NCBI GenBank assembly: GCA_017464685.1
Contig: JAFTYO010000008.1
Location: 53,820 to 117,819, forward strand
DNA length: 64,000 nt
Direction of reading: 5' to 3'
Origin: Alphaproteobacteria bacterium
GTDB taxonomy: Bacteria; Pseudomonadota; Alphaproteobacteria; RF32; CAG-239
The notes under the pieces were generated by a model. That model was not told where the DNA came from, did no database searches, and saw only the letters and a list, made by a program, of their open reading frames with translations. A program made the translations under genes and the position numbers. Shown here in pieces: positions 39,127 to 48,864 of the stretch (positions are counted from its first letter, which is position 1; each line of letters begins with the position of its first letter).

Positions 39127-40802
39127 TGAACTCTAACCACACTACAAAATACGCCGTTTCTACCTAATTGACCACAAATCTGATCCCCAGTATCAATCGA
39201 TTCAACAGGTCCGATCCTCAAATGGAACAACTCTTTACCTTGACCGTCTGCCGGAGCATCAACAGAATAAAATGGTTGATAACCACCTAATACCGTATTG
39301 TATTTTCTAGATAATTCTTGCCATAAATCTTCAAGATTATTTACATCAGCATCTGTACCAAGTTCAACAGAAATACTGGCAGCATTTTGATTTTCGAAAC
39401 CTTGACCAAAACGATATCCATTAAAAGCAACTCCTTTATCATTTGTATTTGCAACAGATGAATTTGAAGCTTGCTTCTCTAGAGCCTTCTTAACATATTC
39501 CGGAATTAAAAGCTCACCGTTAGATCCGAATTTTACCGTATATTCTCCAACCAAACGCTCACCTGAAGCATCTGATGCCTCCGATTTAGCTGAAGTTAAA
39601 CCCTCACTATTACTAGAGCCATTTTGTCCTAATGTAATTGAAGAAGAAATGGGAGCAACGTTTACCTCCGGCTCAGGTTCAGGCTCAGGCTTTTTATTTA
39701 TATCTATAAGCTCAAAGCCCTGAACAACACTTTCCTCTTGAGGTTTTACTCCGCTAGCAGTTCCTGTAGGAATATTCCAATTATTTTGCGGAGCCTTGGG
39801 CGCAAATTCCGTGCCTTGGTCATCTGAACGACGCAACTTTAAACAGACCAATCTCTTGCCGTTACGTAAAACCATATCCCCTACTCCCTCAACAATAATC
39901 AAACGATTATCGGGACCTGCGCTTCTGAAACCAACAGGAGTTTCAACACGCTCAACTATTAAAGTTACTATAGGTCGTTGCACCATTGTCAAAGCTCTTT
40001 CACCAAAATCAATATAGGTAAAAATATCATCACGCCACACTCTTTCAGGAGCAATCACGACATCATCCGGATTAGGAACATAAACCTCTATATCAAAACG
40101 AAACTTTGTAGGATCTAAAGGAAGACTTTTAATCCAATCATCTTTTTGATTACGCTTTGTAAATGTAGAATCAACCGACTTTGCTCCTCCATTAAAGTTA
40201 CTTGCGTTTATTCGTCCTCCTGATCCGGTCATACCTGATATATTTTGACCTCCTCCGGAATTTCCGTTTGCTCCAACAACTTCAATATCAATAACAGAAT
40301 TTGTTAAACGTTCAGTGTTAAAGCCCTCACTTCTGGCATAAAAAACATATTTATTACCCGAACGACCAAATACTATAATATTGGTATCTACACCAAAGCC
40401 ATTTTGAGGATATAATAAAAGTGTATTAGGACCGGAAATTTGTCCTGTAAATTTATTATTATCACCAATGTATACATCTTCTATCATTTCCCACTCTGGA
40501 AAATTCACAAGCGTTAACATCCCTTCTCTCAAACGCAACGGCAACACCAAATCAGGCGACCAGTAATATTTAGAATATGCAGGTTTTGTTTGTCCTTCAC
40601 CTAAATTTTGCAACGGATCAAGCCACGCACTTTGAGTCATACCTAATGAACCCATAGCATAGCTCATATTCATAGAAGGATACTGCCCTTGTGCATTATT
40701 AGCTGTTTGATCAAGGCTATTCATGGTTACTTGTGCCTTAACATCAAAACTAACCAAAAACAACATTACTGCATAAATTATTTTAGTTACATTATTTTTC
40801 AT
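39123..40802 (-). CDS. virB9: VirB9/CagX-family outer-membrane core protein with a long C-terminal extension ending in a SPOR-like domain
   Basis: 559 aa with a signal peptide. The VirB9 N-domain pattern is LTLVNFPEWEMIEDVYIGDNNKF ... NTLLLYP ... DTNIIVFGRSGNKYVFY. The VirB9 C-domain pattern is PERVWRDDIFTYIDFGE ... RLIIVEGVGDMVLRNGKRLVCL. A PEPEPEPE linker and a Ser-rich region follow, and the last ~85 aa look like SPOR. Confidence 0.85.
   Translation of the reverse strand: MKNNVTKIIYAVMLFLVSFDVKAQVTMNSLDQTANNAQGQYPSMNMSYAMGSLGMTQSAWLDPLQNLGEGQTKPAYSKYYWSPDLVLPLRLREGMLTLVNFPEWEMIEDVYIGDNNKFTGQISGPNTLLLYPQNGFGVDTNIIVFGRSGNKYVFYARSEGFNTERLTNSVIDIEVVGANGNSGGGQNISGMTGSGGRINASNFNGGAKSVDSTFTKRNQKDDWIKSLPLDPTKFRFDIEVYVPNPDDVVIAPERVWRDDIFTYIDFGERALTMVQRPIVTLIVERVETPVGFRSAGPDNRLIIVEGVGDMVLRNGKRLVCLKLRRSDDQGTEFAPKAPQNNWNIPTGTASGVKPQEESVVQGFELIDINKKPEPEPEPEVNVAPISSSITLGQNGSSNSEGLTSAKSEASDASGERLVGEYTVKFGSNGELLIPEYVKKALEKQASNSSVANTNDKGVAFNGYRFGQGFENQNAASISVELGTDADVNNLEDLWQELSRKYNTVLGGYQPFYSVDAPADGQGKELFHLRIGPVESIDTGDQICGQLGRNGVFCSVVRVQ
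39126..39380 (-). other. SPOR-like (septal peptidoglycan-binding) domain at the VirB9 C-terminus
   Basis: ISVELGTDADVNNLEDLWQELSRKY...ELFHLRIGPVESIDTGDQICGQLGRNGVFCSVVRV. This fits the beta-alpha-beta-beta x2 SPOR pattern (..vqlG.......A..l...l........yRvriGPf.s...A..lC..L...G..C.vv). The match is to a remembered pattern only. Confidence 0.55.
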
Positions 40803-40815
40803 TTTCTAAAACCTT

Positions 40816-41565
40816 TTACTGCGTTTTATTACGAGAAAGTGAATATCTTGTCACGGTAAAACCGATAGGATTATTTAACCTTTCATCATACTTAACATTT
40901 TTCTTACGATATGCTATCCTTAATGATGCCGTCCAATATTCAATCTGCGGAGAGGATGATGACGGATACATATCTTTTGTTTCATATTCAACCTGCCATA
41001 GACCACGCCCCAATTCATTAACGGTCATAATCCTGACAGATCTGGTTAAGCCCTTATTTTTAATGATACCAAGAGCCTTATTAGCTGTTTTATCTATAAA
41101 TGCCTGATATACTGCAGACGATGACATTTCTTGAATAGGCCCCCCCGGCATCCAACGAGACTCCATTTCACGAATATCATTGGAAAATGCACTGCGCATC
41201 AATACATATTCACGCACAAACACTTCCGTAATTTCTTTTTTATCTTCCATATTAGCAATCGGCCTAATATCATAAACTTGCTCTTGCTTATTTTCAAAAG
41301 TCAAAATAAAAGGCTCCAATCTATACAACGGCATTAATTGGGTAATGGCTAAAATAAGCACAAAATTGCAACACAAACTTACGGCCACGATAACTGCAAA
41401 TGCCCTTGCCGTCCATAAATATCTGCGCTCAGAAGCATTTACCACAATATCGTCAACCGGTTTTTTACCAGAAACAGGATTTCTTCTTATGTGTTGTGAA
41501 GAAGACATCTGCCTGTTGGGCAACATTCTTTGTTGTATGTTATTTACGCCTAACTGTTCAGCCAT
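40816..41565 (-). CDS. virB8: VirB8 (copy 1)
   Basis: 249 aa with an N-terminal cytoplasmic region, a single TM helix, and a periplasmic NTF2-like domain ending in the conserved NPIGFTVTRY motif. Confidence 0.88.
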   Translation of the reverse strand: MAEQLGVNNIQQRMLPNRQMSSSQHIRRNPVSGKKPVDDIVVNASERRYLWTARAFAVIVAVSLCCNFVLILAITQLMPLYRLEPFILTFENKQEQVYDIRPIANMEDKKEITEVFVREYVLMRSAFSNDIREMESRWMPGGPIQEMSSSAVYQAFIDKTANKALGIIKNKGLTRSVRIMTVNELGRGLWQVEYETKDMYPSSSSPQIEYWTASLRIAYRKKNVKYDERLNNPIGFTVTRYSLSRNKTQ

Positions 41566-41572
41566 ATTTCAC

Positions 41573-41761
41573 CTATATTGTAGCTACAAACCAATCCGGC
41601 AAAGTGTGAGGTAATTCCACTTCTATGCATGCACATGGAGACAATTTGAGCTCATTTACATCTTTACCTACACCAACCGGTTCAGGTTCATAATATGAAC
41701 CAAACATTCCGCATGCTGATAAAAACAACAACACCAGAAATAAAATTATTTTTCTACTCAT
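41573..41761 (-). CDS. virB7: VirB7-like small lipoprotein
   Basis: The track ORF extends to 41794. I prefer the ATG at 41761 (MSRKIILFLVLLFLSACGMF...), giving 62 aa with lipobox LSAC and additional Cys. The call rests on size, lipobox and position next to virB8/virB9. Confidence 0.5.
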   Translation of the reverse strand: MSRKIILFLVLLFLSACGMFGSYYEPEPVGVGKDVNELKLSPCACIEVELPHTLPDWFVATI

Positions 41762-41909
41762 TGCAATGTTCCTTACAACTATATATCCAGACAATCTCTA
41801 TGTTAAACTTGTTATTTTTAAAAGTCTAACATGAAGCAAACAAATCCCCAACTTATCAACAAGTCAGAAACCGTTTTATGATATCATAAACTAAAAAGAT
41901 TAAAATAAG

Positions 41910-42668
41910 TTAAAGAATTTCAACTTCTGTTTGAGAATATCTTGTTACGGTAAATCCAAGCGGATTCATTAATCTCTTTGACATAAACATACGCTCAGGA
42001 ACAAAAACAGCCACAATTGAAACTGTCCAATATCTTGTTTTTAACACAAATTCCCCCGTTGTATCATTTCGATTTTGGGGTGATAATTCATATGTTTTAA
42101 AATCCACTTTCCAAACCGGCGATTTTTCACCACCAACTTTACCTACCGAAATTATCTCTACATCTCTTATGATTTGCGTTTTTGAAGCATCTGCCAAATT
42201 TTTTTCTACCGTATTGGAAAATTCTGCAAAAATTTTATCTGATGATAAATAATTTATCATTCCTCCACCAAACCAACGGCTTTGCATTTCTCGTTCATCA
42301 CCTACTATAGAGTTGCGAATTATAACATATTGTCTTATAAAAAGCTCCATCATTTGCGGCGCTGACGGCATATTTGGTGATATTGTCTCATATCTGACCA
42401 TCTCTTCGGAATTACTCTGCCTGATTATTAAAAACGGCTCTACATGAACTTCAGATGTCAAATTAAATAATACCAGTGATGCACTTGTAAAAAACATCAA
42501 TGATAATATAGCAATAAAAGCAACAAATCTTGAAAGCCAACAATAATAGTTTTCTCTTGCTAAACTTCCCATAACATCAACATCAGTAATATAATTTGCA
42601 CTTTTCTTAGCAGATTGAGCTGACGTTAATGCTAATATTTCATTTGTTGAGCTTAATTGATTGTTCAT
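41910..42668 (-). CDS. virB8: VirB8 (copy 2, divergent paralog)
   Basis: 252 aa with the same architecture as copy 1 and a C-terminal NPLGFTVTRY motif. Confidence 0.85.
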   Translation of the reverse strand: MNNQLSSTNEILALTSAQSAKKSANYITDVDVMGSLARENYYCWLSRFVAFIAILSLMFFTSASLVLFNLTSEVHVEPFLIIRQSNSEEMVRYETISPNMPSAPQMMELFIRQYVIIRNSIVGDEREMQSRWFGGGMINYLSSDKIFAEFSNTVEKNLADASKTQIIRDVEIISVGKVGGEKSPVWKVDFKTYELSPQNRNDTTGEFVLKTRYWTVSIVAVFVPERMFMSKRLMNPLGFTVTRYSQTEVEIL

Positions 42669-42683
42669 TTATCGCCTCTTGTA

Positions 42684-45600
42684 TCAATATACAGCACAAT
42701 ATGGTACCATAACATTATTGGCATTTTCTTTATACGACTTTTCAACTTCTTTGTCATATTCTCCTTTCGTATCTCCATCAGCCTGAGCCGTCTTCAGACG
42801 TTTTTCAACTTCATCAAGACTGAGCATATCCGACAGACTTACCAATTCTTTATTATCCATTTTAAGCATTGCCAATGTGTTGTTGTTTTTTGATATCTTT
42901 TCTCTTAACAAATCATTCTTTCCGACAAAGCCTTTTAACATTTTATCTGCCTTATTGACTCTGCTTTCTTTTTCTAAATTCAATCTATTGAGAATCTCTT
43001 TATATGTGGCATTATCTGCTAAATCAAACTTTTCAGGCGGTGTGTATCCATATTTCTCAAACTCGGTTATAAGCTTTTGTCTGGCCTCATCAATCTTAAC
43101 TTCCATCTGATCTAATGATTTCTGATATTCCATTTCTCCCTCAACAAATTTTATATAATCACCAAATTGGTTTTTATCTAATATCATATTATCATACAAT
43201 CTTTTTCTCGTCTTGTTATAATCATCATCCAATTCTGCCAAAAATTCCATCGCATCATTTAACGACTGATTGATTTGTAATCCTGATGTTGATCTGGCAA
43301 ACAATGAAATTTCACTCAAATTCTTTTCCTCTATTTCATACCTATCAAGAGAAGCTGTAGCCACATCATCATCAAAAAATGTCAAATCAATATATTGCGC
43401 ATATTTGTCTTTTTCGCCTTCTTTTGAAGCTTTTTTAACCAACACACTATACACTCTATAATCTTTAATATGTTTACAACTTGGATAATCTGCTTTATAA
43501 CTTCCCCGATAATGACCGTTTTCAATATCAATGGTATACGAATCATCTAATAAGCATGGATACAAACCTCCTCGCATAAGCTCATCCGTATATTGTATAT
43601 CATGATAATAGTGCTTATTGCCATTATCTGATAAAGGCAATATCGGAACATCTTTTTCTACAAATCCTTTGGGCCCCAAAATTCGTTTCCAAACTTCAGG
43701 AACAAAATCTGTATATACAACTGTTTTTTCATCTTGATCTTGGCAGAAATATTCTTTTCCATCACCATCACAACTTGTGCTAAGCATCGCACCAACATTC
43801 AGTAACCCATTTTTGGTAATAAAGCCGCTCTCTGATAGCGCAAGATTATCATAATCTATACCATCAAGATGCACAAATTCTCTTAATGGAGGCATATATG
43901 TTTGCACAATTGTTTTAGGCGTAGCAAAATCTTTACCATTGGGCACTATACCAACATAATATTGTGTATCAACGTTATAACAGGCATTACTTTGACATAT
44001 TTCATCAAACAATTTTCCGGCCATTACCTCAACAGCAAGTCTTTCAACGGCTGCTAATTGTACATATCCTGTTAAATAGTCTATATAATCTTCCAAATCC
44101 ATTGTCGGATTTTTAATTTTATCTAACATTTCCTTATGTATCTTGACAATTTCATTGTGCTTTTCAATATCAAAGATATCATCTTCCATATCTTGTATTT
44201 TTTCATAGGCCTCATTAACTGCATTTAATGCATTTTGACGAACAATTTCTTCTGCTTTTGCCGCTGTATCAATTAAACTTTTAAATATTCTGTCTTTGAT
44301 AGTCCCCGTATAACTTATAAGAGTATTAAGTGTTGAGGCTTCTACATCTTTTAACTCTTCATATGCATTATTTAATTTTACTTCAGCAAGATATTCCATA
44401 TATGCTGCATCTTGAGCATATTGAGCTTTTAAGTTTTTAAGCTCCTTCTTTTTTCTTTCCAATTTGTCTTTAAGATCATCAATTTTATATCTCAAACTCT
44501 CTGTTTCAGATAATGCTTTTTTGGCTTTCTCTTCAGAAGATAAAATTGTTTTTTCAGCATTAGCTATTTGTTTTTCTGCACTGTTTTTAATGTTAGATAT
44601 ATTAACATGCTCTGATTTATCGGCTCTGTCTTTGGCTAAATCAACTATCATATTTTCAGCATTAATCTGACTATTTGCATCGTTTTTTTCTTCTTGTGCT
44701 TTATTATAAACCATTTTGGTATCATTTAACTCAATGTTAAGTTCATCAAGCTCTTTATATATCCCATTAATTTCACCTACCAAAGCATCTTTGCTTTCCA
44801 AAAACTCTGTTTGTTTTTTTCTCATTTCGATATCTAATGTATCTTGTGTGTTTTTTACACCATCAATATTTGCAGATGCATATTCTTCTATTGCTTCTGA
44901 TAAGCTGTTAAAACCATCTGTATTATATGAAACAACATCTTCCAGTAATATACCTCGCATTTTTGGGCCTTCATAATCCTCTGCTTCTTTTTCTTCCTCA
45001 TCTTCTTCAACATAAATTTCATTGCTTATTTTTTTTGCTAAAGATAATGTTGATTTGCGCATATCAAAACTATTTAAAAATATTTTCATATTTGAATATT
45101 TATTTTCAAGATATTGTTCATAAAAATATTTTTCATCATTCCACATCGGATATTTATTTTTAAAAGTTCCGTATACCGAATTTTCGCCTAGCATCATTTC
45201 ATTACCGATCTTCTTTGACATTAAAGCCCCTAATTGCCACGCCAAAATTTCTCGTTCTCTGTCATTTTGTTCCATCTTAAGCTCATCTGTCGGTTTTATC
45301 AACGAACTATCATCCAAATTTTGTTCATTTTCCGCAATCAACTCTTTTTCGGTTTCTTCCATATCATCTAAATTTGATATCGATTGTGTTGATGATATAT
45401 CAGCATCGTTTAGTTGCGTAGCATAATCATCACTTGAAAATTCCAACGTCTTTTCTGCTTTAGCAATTTTATATGCTGACAACAACCAACCAGCCAAGCC
45501 TCCACGACGTTCATATCGATTAAGTCCATATGTCGAACAAATTTTAGTACTATCATTCTGGCATAAAGAATCTCCTTCTACTAACGTAGATAAATTATCT

Positions 45601-46967
45601 TTTGTAACTTTAAGTCCGGTATCACAAAAAATATCCAACCCATCTGTATATTTACATCCTTTTCCAAGCCACGCAGAAACCGGATCTTCATAGTAACGTC
45701 CCAAATACGAAACAACGCAATCTTCAGAACTTTTAACACGTTCAATAATACTCTCATGCAGATCTTTCATCCGATTATATTCTATAAACGGTTCCTTTAG
45801 TACAGACATCTGTTGCATCAAATTGTGTATATCTGTTGCTTCTTTTAACATGAAAGTTATTTCATTTGCACTAACCAAATCGGCAAACTGATTCCCCGCT
45901 CCCCTAAACGTTGATTTTGCTACCTCCGGCTTAACTTTTACAACTTCTCCTGCAGACTTTTTGGTTTTACTCAAATCTACTTTCTTTATCCAAGATGGTA
46001 ACGTATCACTAAGCTGTGCATGAGCAGTTTTTGATTTTAAATTAAAGTTATATTCATTTTCTGAAACTTTATCCGTTTTAGCTGTAGGATCCACAGGTTC
46101 AATACCGCTTCTAAATGATTTTGATGCTTCATATTGAGCATTTAGCGCTGTTAACTCTTCAGCTATTCTTAACACAGAATCATATATATCGTTTACCTTG
46201 TAATAATTTACCCAAGAATTTAGTTCGTCATTTGCCTCACCCGTTTCACCTCCGACTTCAGGATTGGCTTCAACAGCTGTACCGGTAACATATTTTTCGC
46301 TCATATCACTGATATCTTTATCTATAAGATCCATAGTTTCATCCATTTCACGAGATGCAATATAAAGTTCAATAAGCGAATCATTACTAAATTCTATTAT
46401 TTTATCCTTATAAGCTTTCTTAACACCCTCTGTATCATTCGGATATTTTTCCAAAAACTCTTGCGGATATTCTCCAAACAATACATAAAGAGCTTTTACA
46501 ACTTCTTCTTCGTTATGAATATCAGCTACTTGACTTTCTTGGATTTCTCTCGAGCTTGCAACATTAGAATCACCTTTTTTCTTTTTATGTAAAGCTCCTG
46601 TGATGCTTTCTTTTTGCTTATTGACCCATTCTGAGGCTTGACCGACTTTATCGTTTACCCATTCTTTAGCATCGCCGACCGTATCATTTACCCATTTTGT
46701 AGCCTTACCGACTTTATCGTTTACCCACTCTGTGGCATCTCCTTTAAATTTCTTAATCTTAGCCCTTAGTTTAGCAATTTTTTGTTGAGCGGTTTCAGGG
46801 GTGTTTGCAGTAACATTTCCGGCGGCCTCAACACCTCCTGAAGCATCTGCCGCCACATCCAATGTAGGTGAAATAGGTGTGGGAGGTAATAATGCAAAAG
46901 ATGATGAAATTGACATACATATAGTCAAAATCAGCAAAAGACAAAGTTTAACAACATATTTTTTCAT
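42684..46967 (-). CDS. Giant secreted coiled-coil protein (1427 aa), unknown function, T4SS-operon encoded
   Basis: It has a signal peptide (..SSSFA-LLPP) and four 11-aa WVNDKVG repeats. Long heptad-like Glu/Lys-rich stretches are present, with Cys-containing globular segments in the middle and C-terminus. No internal TM helices are seen. Confidence 0.7.
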   Translation of the reverse strand: MKKYVVKLCLLLILTICMSISSSFALLPPTPISPTLDVAADASGGVEAAGNVTANTPETAQQKIAKLRAKIKKFKGDATEWVNDKVGKATKWVNDTVGDAKEWVNDKVGQASEWVNKQKESITGALHKKKKGDSNVASSREIQESQVADIHNEEEVVKALYVLFGEYPQEFLEKYPNDTEGVKKAYKDKIIEFSNDSLIELYIASREMDETMDLIDKDISDMSEKYVTGTAVEANPEVGGETGEANDELNSWVNYYKVNDIYDSVLRIAEELTALNAQYEASKSFRSGIEPVDPTAKTDKVSENEYNFNLKSKTAHAQLSDTLPSWIKKVDLSKTKKSAGEVVKVKPEVAKSTFRGAGNQFADLVSANEITFMLKEATDIHNLMQQMSVLKEPFIEYNRMKDLHESIIERVKSSEDCVVSYLGRYYEDPVSAWLGKGCKYTDGLDIFCDTGLKVTKDNLSTLVEGDSLCQNDSTKICSTYGLNRYERRGGLAGWLLSAYKIAKAEKTLEFSSDDYATQLNDADISSTQSISNLDDMEETEKELIAENEQNLDDSSLIKPTDELKMEQNDREREILAWQLGALMSKKIGNEMMLGENSVYGTFKNKYPMWNDEKYFYEQYLENKYSNMKIFLNSFDMRKSTLSLAKKISNEIYVEEDEEEKEAEDYEGPKMRGILLEDVVSYNTDGFNSLSEAIEEYASANIDGVKNTQDTLDIEMRKKQTEFLESKDALVGEINGIYKELDELNIELNDTKMVYNKAQEEKNDANSQINAENMIVDLAKDRADKSEHVNISNIKNSAEKQIANAEKTILSSEEKAKKALSETESLRYKIDDLKDKLERKKKELKNLKAQYAQDAAYMEYLAEVKLNNAYEELKDVEASTLNTLISYTGTIKDRIFKSLIDTAAKAEEIVRQNALNAVNEAYEKIQDMEDDIFDIEKHNEIVKIHKEMLDKIKNPTMDLEDYIDYLTGYVQLAAVERLAVEVMAGKLFDEICQSNACYNVDTQYYVGIVPNGKDFATPKTIVQTYMPPLREFVHLDGIDYDNLALSESGFITKNGLLNVGAMLSTSCDGDGKEYFCQDQDEKTVVYTDFVPEVWKRILGPKGFVEKDVPILPLSDNGNKHYYHDIQYTDELMRGGLYPCLLDDSYTIDIENGHYRGSYKADYPSCKHIKDYRVYSVLVKKASKEGEKDKYAQYIDLTFFDDDVATASLDRYEIEEKNLSEISLFARSTSGLQINQSLNDAMEFLAELDDDYNKTRKRLYDNMILDKNQFGDYIKFVEGEMEYQKSLDQMEVKIDEARQKLITEFEKYGYTPPEKFDLADNATYKEILNRLNLEKESRVNKADKMLKGFVGKNDLLREKISKNNNTLAMLKMDNKELVSLSDMLSLDEVEKRLKTAQADGDTKGEYDKEVEKSYKENANNVMVPYCAVY
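46614..46739 (-). repeat. Four tandem 33-nt (11-aa) repeats, consensus x-x-E-W-V-N-D-K-V-G-x
   Basis: ATEWVNDKVGK ATKWVNDTVGD AKEWVNDKVGQ ASEWVNKQKES. The period is also visible at nucleotide level (ttacccattc / ttacccactc). Confidence 0.85.
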
Positions 46968-46980
46968 GTTTCATTCCTCC

Positions 46981-48195
46981 CTACTTGGCTCTAACCTTGC
47001 TCAAAAAGCTTGTTCGTCCTTCATCGGTTTTTATATCGTCTTCAGTAAAAACATAGTTATCCAAATTTAGCGATGCCGGATTTTTATAATAATTTTTAAG
47101 GCGATAATCTTGCATCATCATATCTTGAGCTGTTTTCAGTCTGATATCTGCAAGCATCAGTTTGTTATAATCTTGTAAAAGCCTTATTTCTTGAACAGTT
47201 TGTTCTATAGTCATACCAATAGATGATAATTGCTGATCAGCCCCTACAACATTTGTTTCAATTTGGTCACTTTTATCTTGTTTTTGAACATATGCATTTT
47301 TAAACTTGGCACCAGTTACAAAAGCTTTAACCATTGCCTTTATCAAGTCTTGTGTACGCTTTTTCTTAACTCTTGCCGTTGTTTGTGCATTTTCTGCCTC
47401 TCCGGCAAGCAAAAAATTGTCTTTTATAACTTTATTATATTCTGTTGATTTATCTTCCGCTGACATACTTTTTAAGCTTTCAATGTCTCCGACATTTAAA
47501 TCGCCGAATTTACTTTGAGCCGTATCAAAAACATTTTTCAAATTTTCGCTGGCTTCTTGTTTCTCTTTTGATGCTTCTTGATAGCTTTCGTCTGCTTGTA
47601 AAATTTGGCTGTTATCACTTTCAAGATCTGTCATCTGTGAATCAAATTCTTCAATCTCATTTTCATACTCAGATATCTTGCTGGCTATAGTTGCTTTGGT
47701 TTGAGAATCTTGTGCTTGTTCATATAATTGCTCCAAGTTTTCAATATTTCCTTCTGCCGCTTGTTTTTTTCCGGCTGCTTCTTGATACAAAGCCCCCCTT
47801 CTGTTTTCCATTTTATATTCAGCTTCCTGTTGTTTTACATTTAGAGAACTGGGAAGACTGTCAAGCTGTTCCTCAGCCTGAGCATATTCATCTTCGTATG
47901 ATTTTTCCTCTTCTTCATCACCATATCCCGGAACTGTCGAATCTAGGGTTTCAGCCACACTTTCCTTGAGCATTTTTCCCTTTTCATACAGTGTTTTGGC
48001 TCGTTGTCCGGTTTGCTCCACTTCCTTTATTGTAGCAGCTCCGTCTGTGACAACTCCCGCTGCCTCACCCATATCACCGGCAAAATCTAACGGCGCACGT
48101 TCCAACATTGACAAAGCATCAAGCTTTAACCCTGCATTTGCCTGATTAGCAAGAGAAAGCATCAGAATAAATATCAATAAATAGTTTTTATTCAT
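46981..48195 (-). CDS. Secreted acidic coiled-coil protein (404 aa), T4SS-operon encoded
   Basis: It has a signal peptide (..ANQANA-GL) and is highly Glu/Gln/Lys-rich and helical. I recognise no family. Confidence 0.65.
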   Translation of the reverse strand: MNKNYLLIFILMLSLANQANAGLKLDALSMLERAPLDFAGDMGEAAGVVTDGAATIKEVEQTGQRAKTLYEKGKMLKESVAETLDSTVPGYGDEEEEKSYEDEYAQAEEQLDSLPSSLNVKQQEAEYKMENRRGALYQEAAGKKQAAEGNIENLEQLYEQAQDSQTKATIASKISEYENEIEEFDSQMTDLESDNSQILQADESYQEASKEKQEASENLKNVFDTAQSKFGDLNVGDIESLKSMSAEDKSTEYNKVIKDNFLLAGEAENAQTTARVKKKRTQDLIKAMVKAFVTGAKFKNAYVQKQDKSDQIETNVVGADQQLSSIGMTIEQTVQEIRLLQDYNKLMLADIRLKTAQDMMMQDYRLKNYYKNPASLNLDNYVFTEDDIKTDEGRTSFLSKVRAK

Positions 48196-48199
48196 AGTT

Positions 48200-48853
48200 C
48201 TACTCCTCTTCTTCCTCTATTTGATAATTTTGCACTTGGATCACATTTTTGAACTGATTAATATAGGCTTGCGTTTCCAAAATGCTGTTATATCTCCTAC
48301 CCAAATTAATTTGTTTTTCCGTAGTAGCTCTTCTTGCTGCGGCTAATGTGCTTAAATCAGGTTCTTGAGTTTCTTCTTCTTTTAACAGCAATCTTTGTGT
48401 TAGTGCTCTGGCCCATAATAAACTCATATTATCGAACTTTTCTTTATCTATTACCTTATTAAGTTGTTTTTGCAAAGCAATATTATCTTTAGCTCCTTTT
48501 TTACGTCCGTAAGTTTCTTTAGTTTTTTCCATTGCTTCAAAACCAGCTTCTTCATCATCATCTTTTTCAAGGGCATTCATCACAATGGTTTTAATCGAAC
48601 CAACCGGATCTTTAATAAATTCAGCAGCTTTTTTTGCACCTTCCTTAACACGACTAAAACCATTATTAATCTGAGCATAAGTTTTTTGTACCACATCTAC
48701 CTGATCACTAATTTCTTTTTTTGTTTCTGCCGTACTTGCAACAACGTTCTTTACCACAATATTAAACGGTTCAATATCCGCTTTTGCCATTTTACAAAAA
48801 GGCATTATACAAAATGATGCTATAATATATTTTAAAAGAAGTTTTTTCATCAT
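48200..48853 (-). CDS. Secreted helical protein (217 aa), possible VirB5-like minor pilus/adhesin component
   Basis: It has a signal peptide and is helical. Its size and its position after virB4 match VirB5/TrbJ. It ends in YQIEEEEE. No sequence motif proves the assignment. Confidence 0.35.
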   Translation of the reverse strand: MMKKLLLKYIIASFCIMPFCKMAKADIEPFNIVVKNVVASTAETKKEISDQVDVVQKTYAQINNGFSRVKEGAKKAAEFIKDPVGSIKTIVMNALEKDDDEEAGFEAMEKTKETYGRKKGAKDNIALQKQLNKVIDKEKFDNMSLLWARALTQRLLLKEEETQEPDLSTLAAARRATTEKQINLGRRYNSILETQAYINQFKNVIQVQNYQIEEEEE

Positions 48854-48864
48854 ATACTCCTTAA

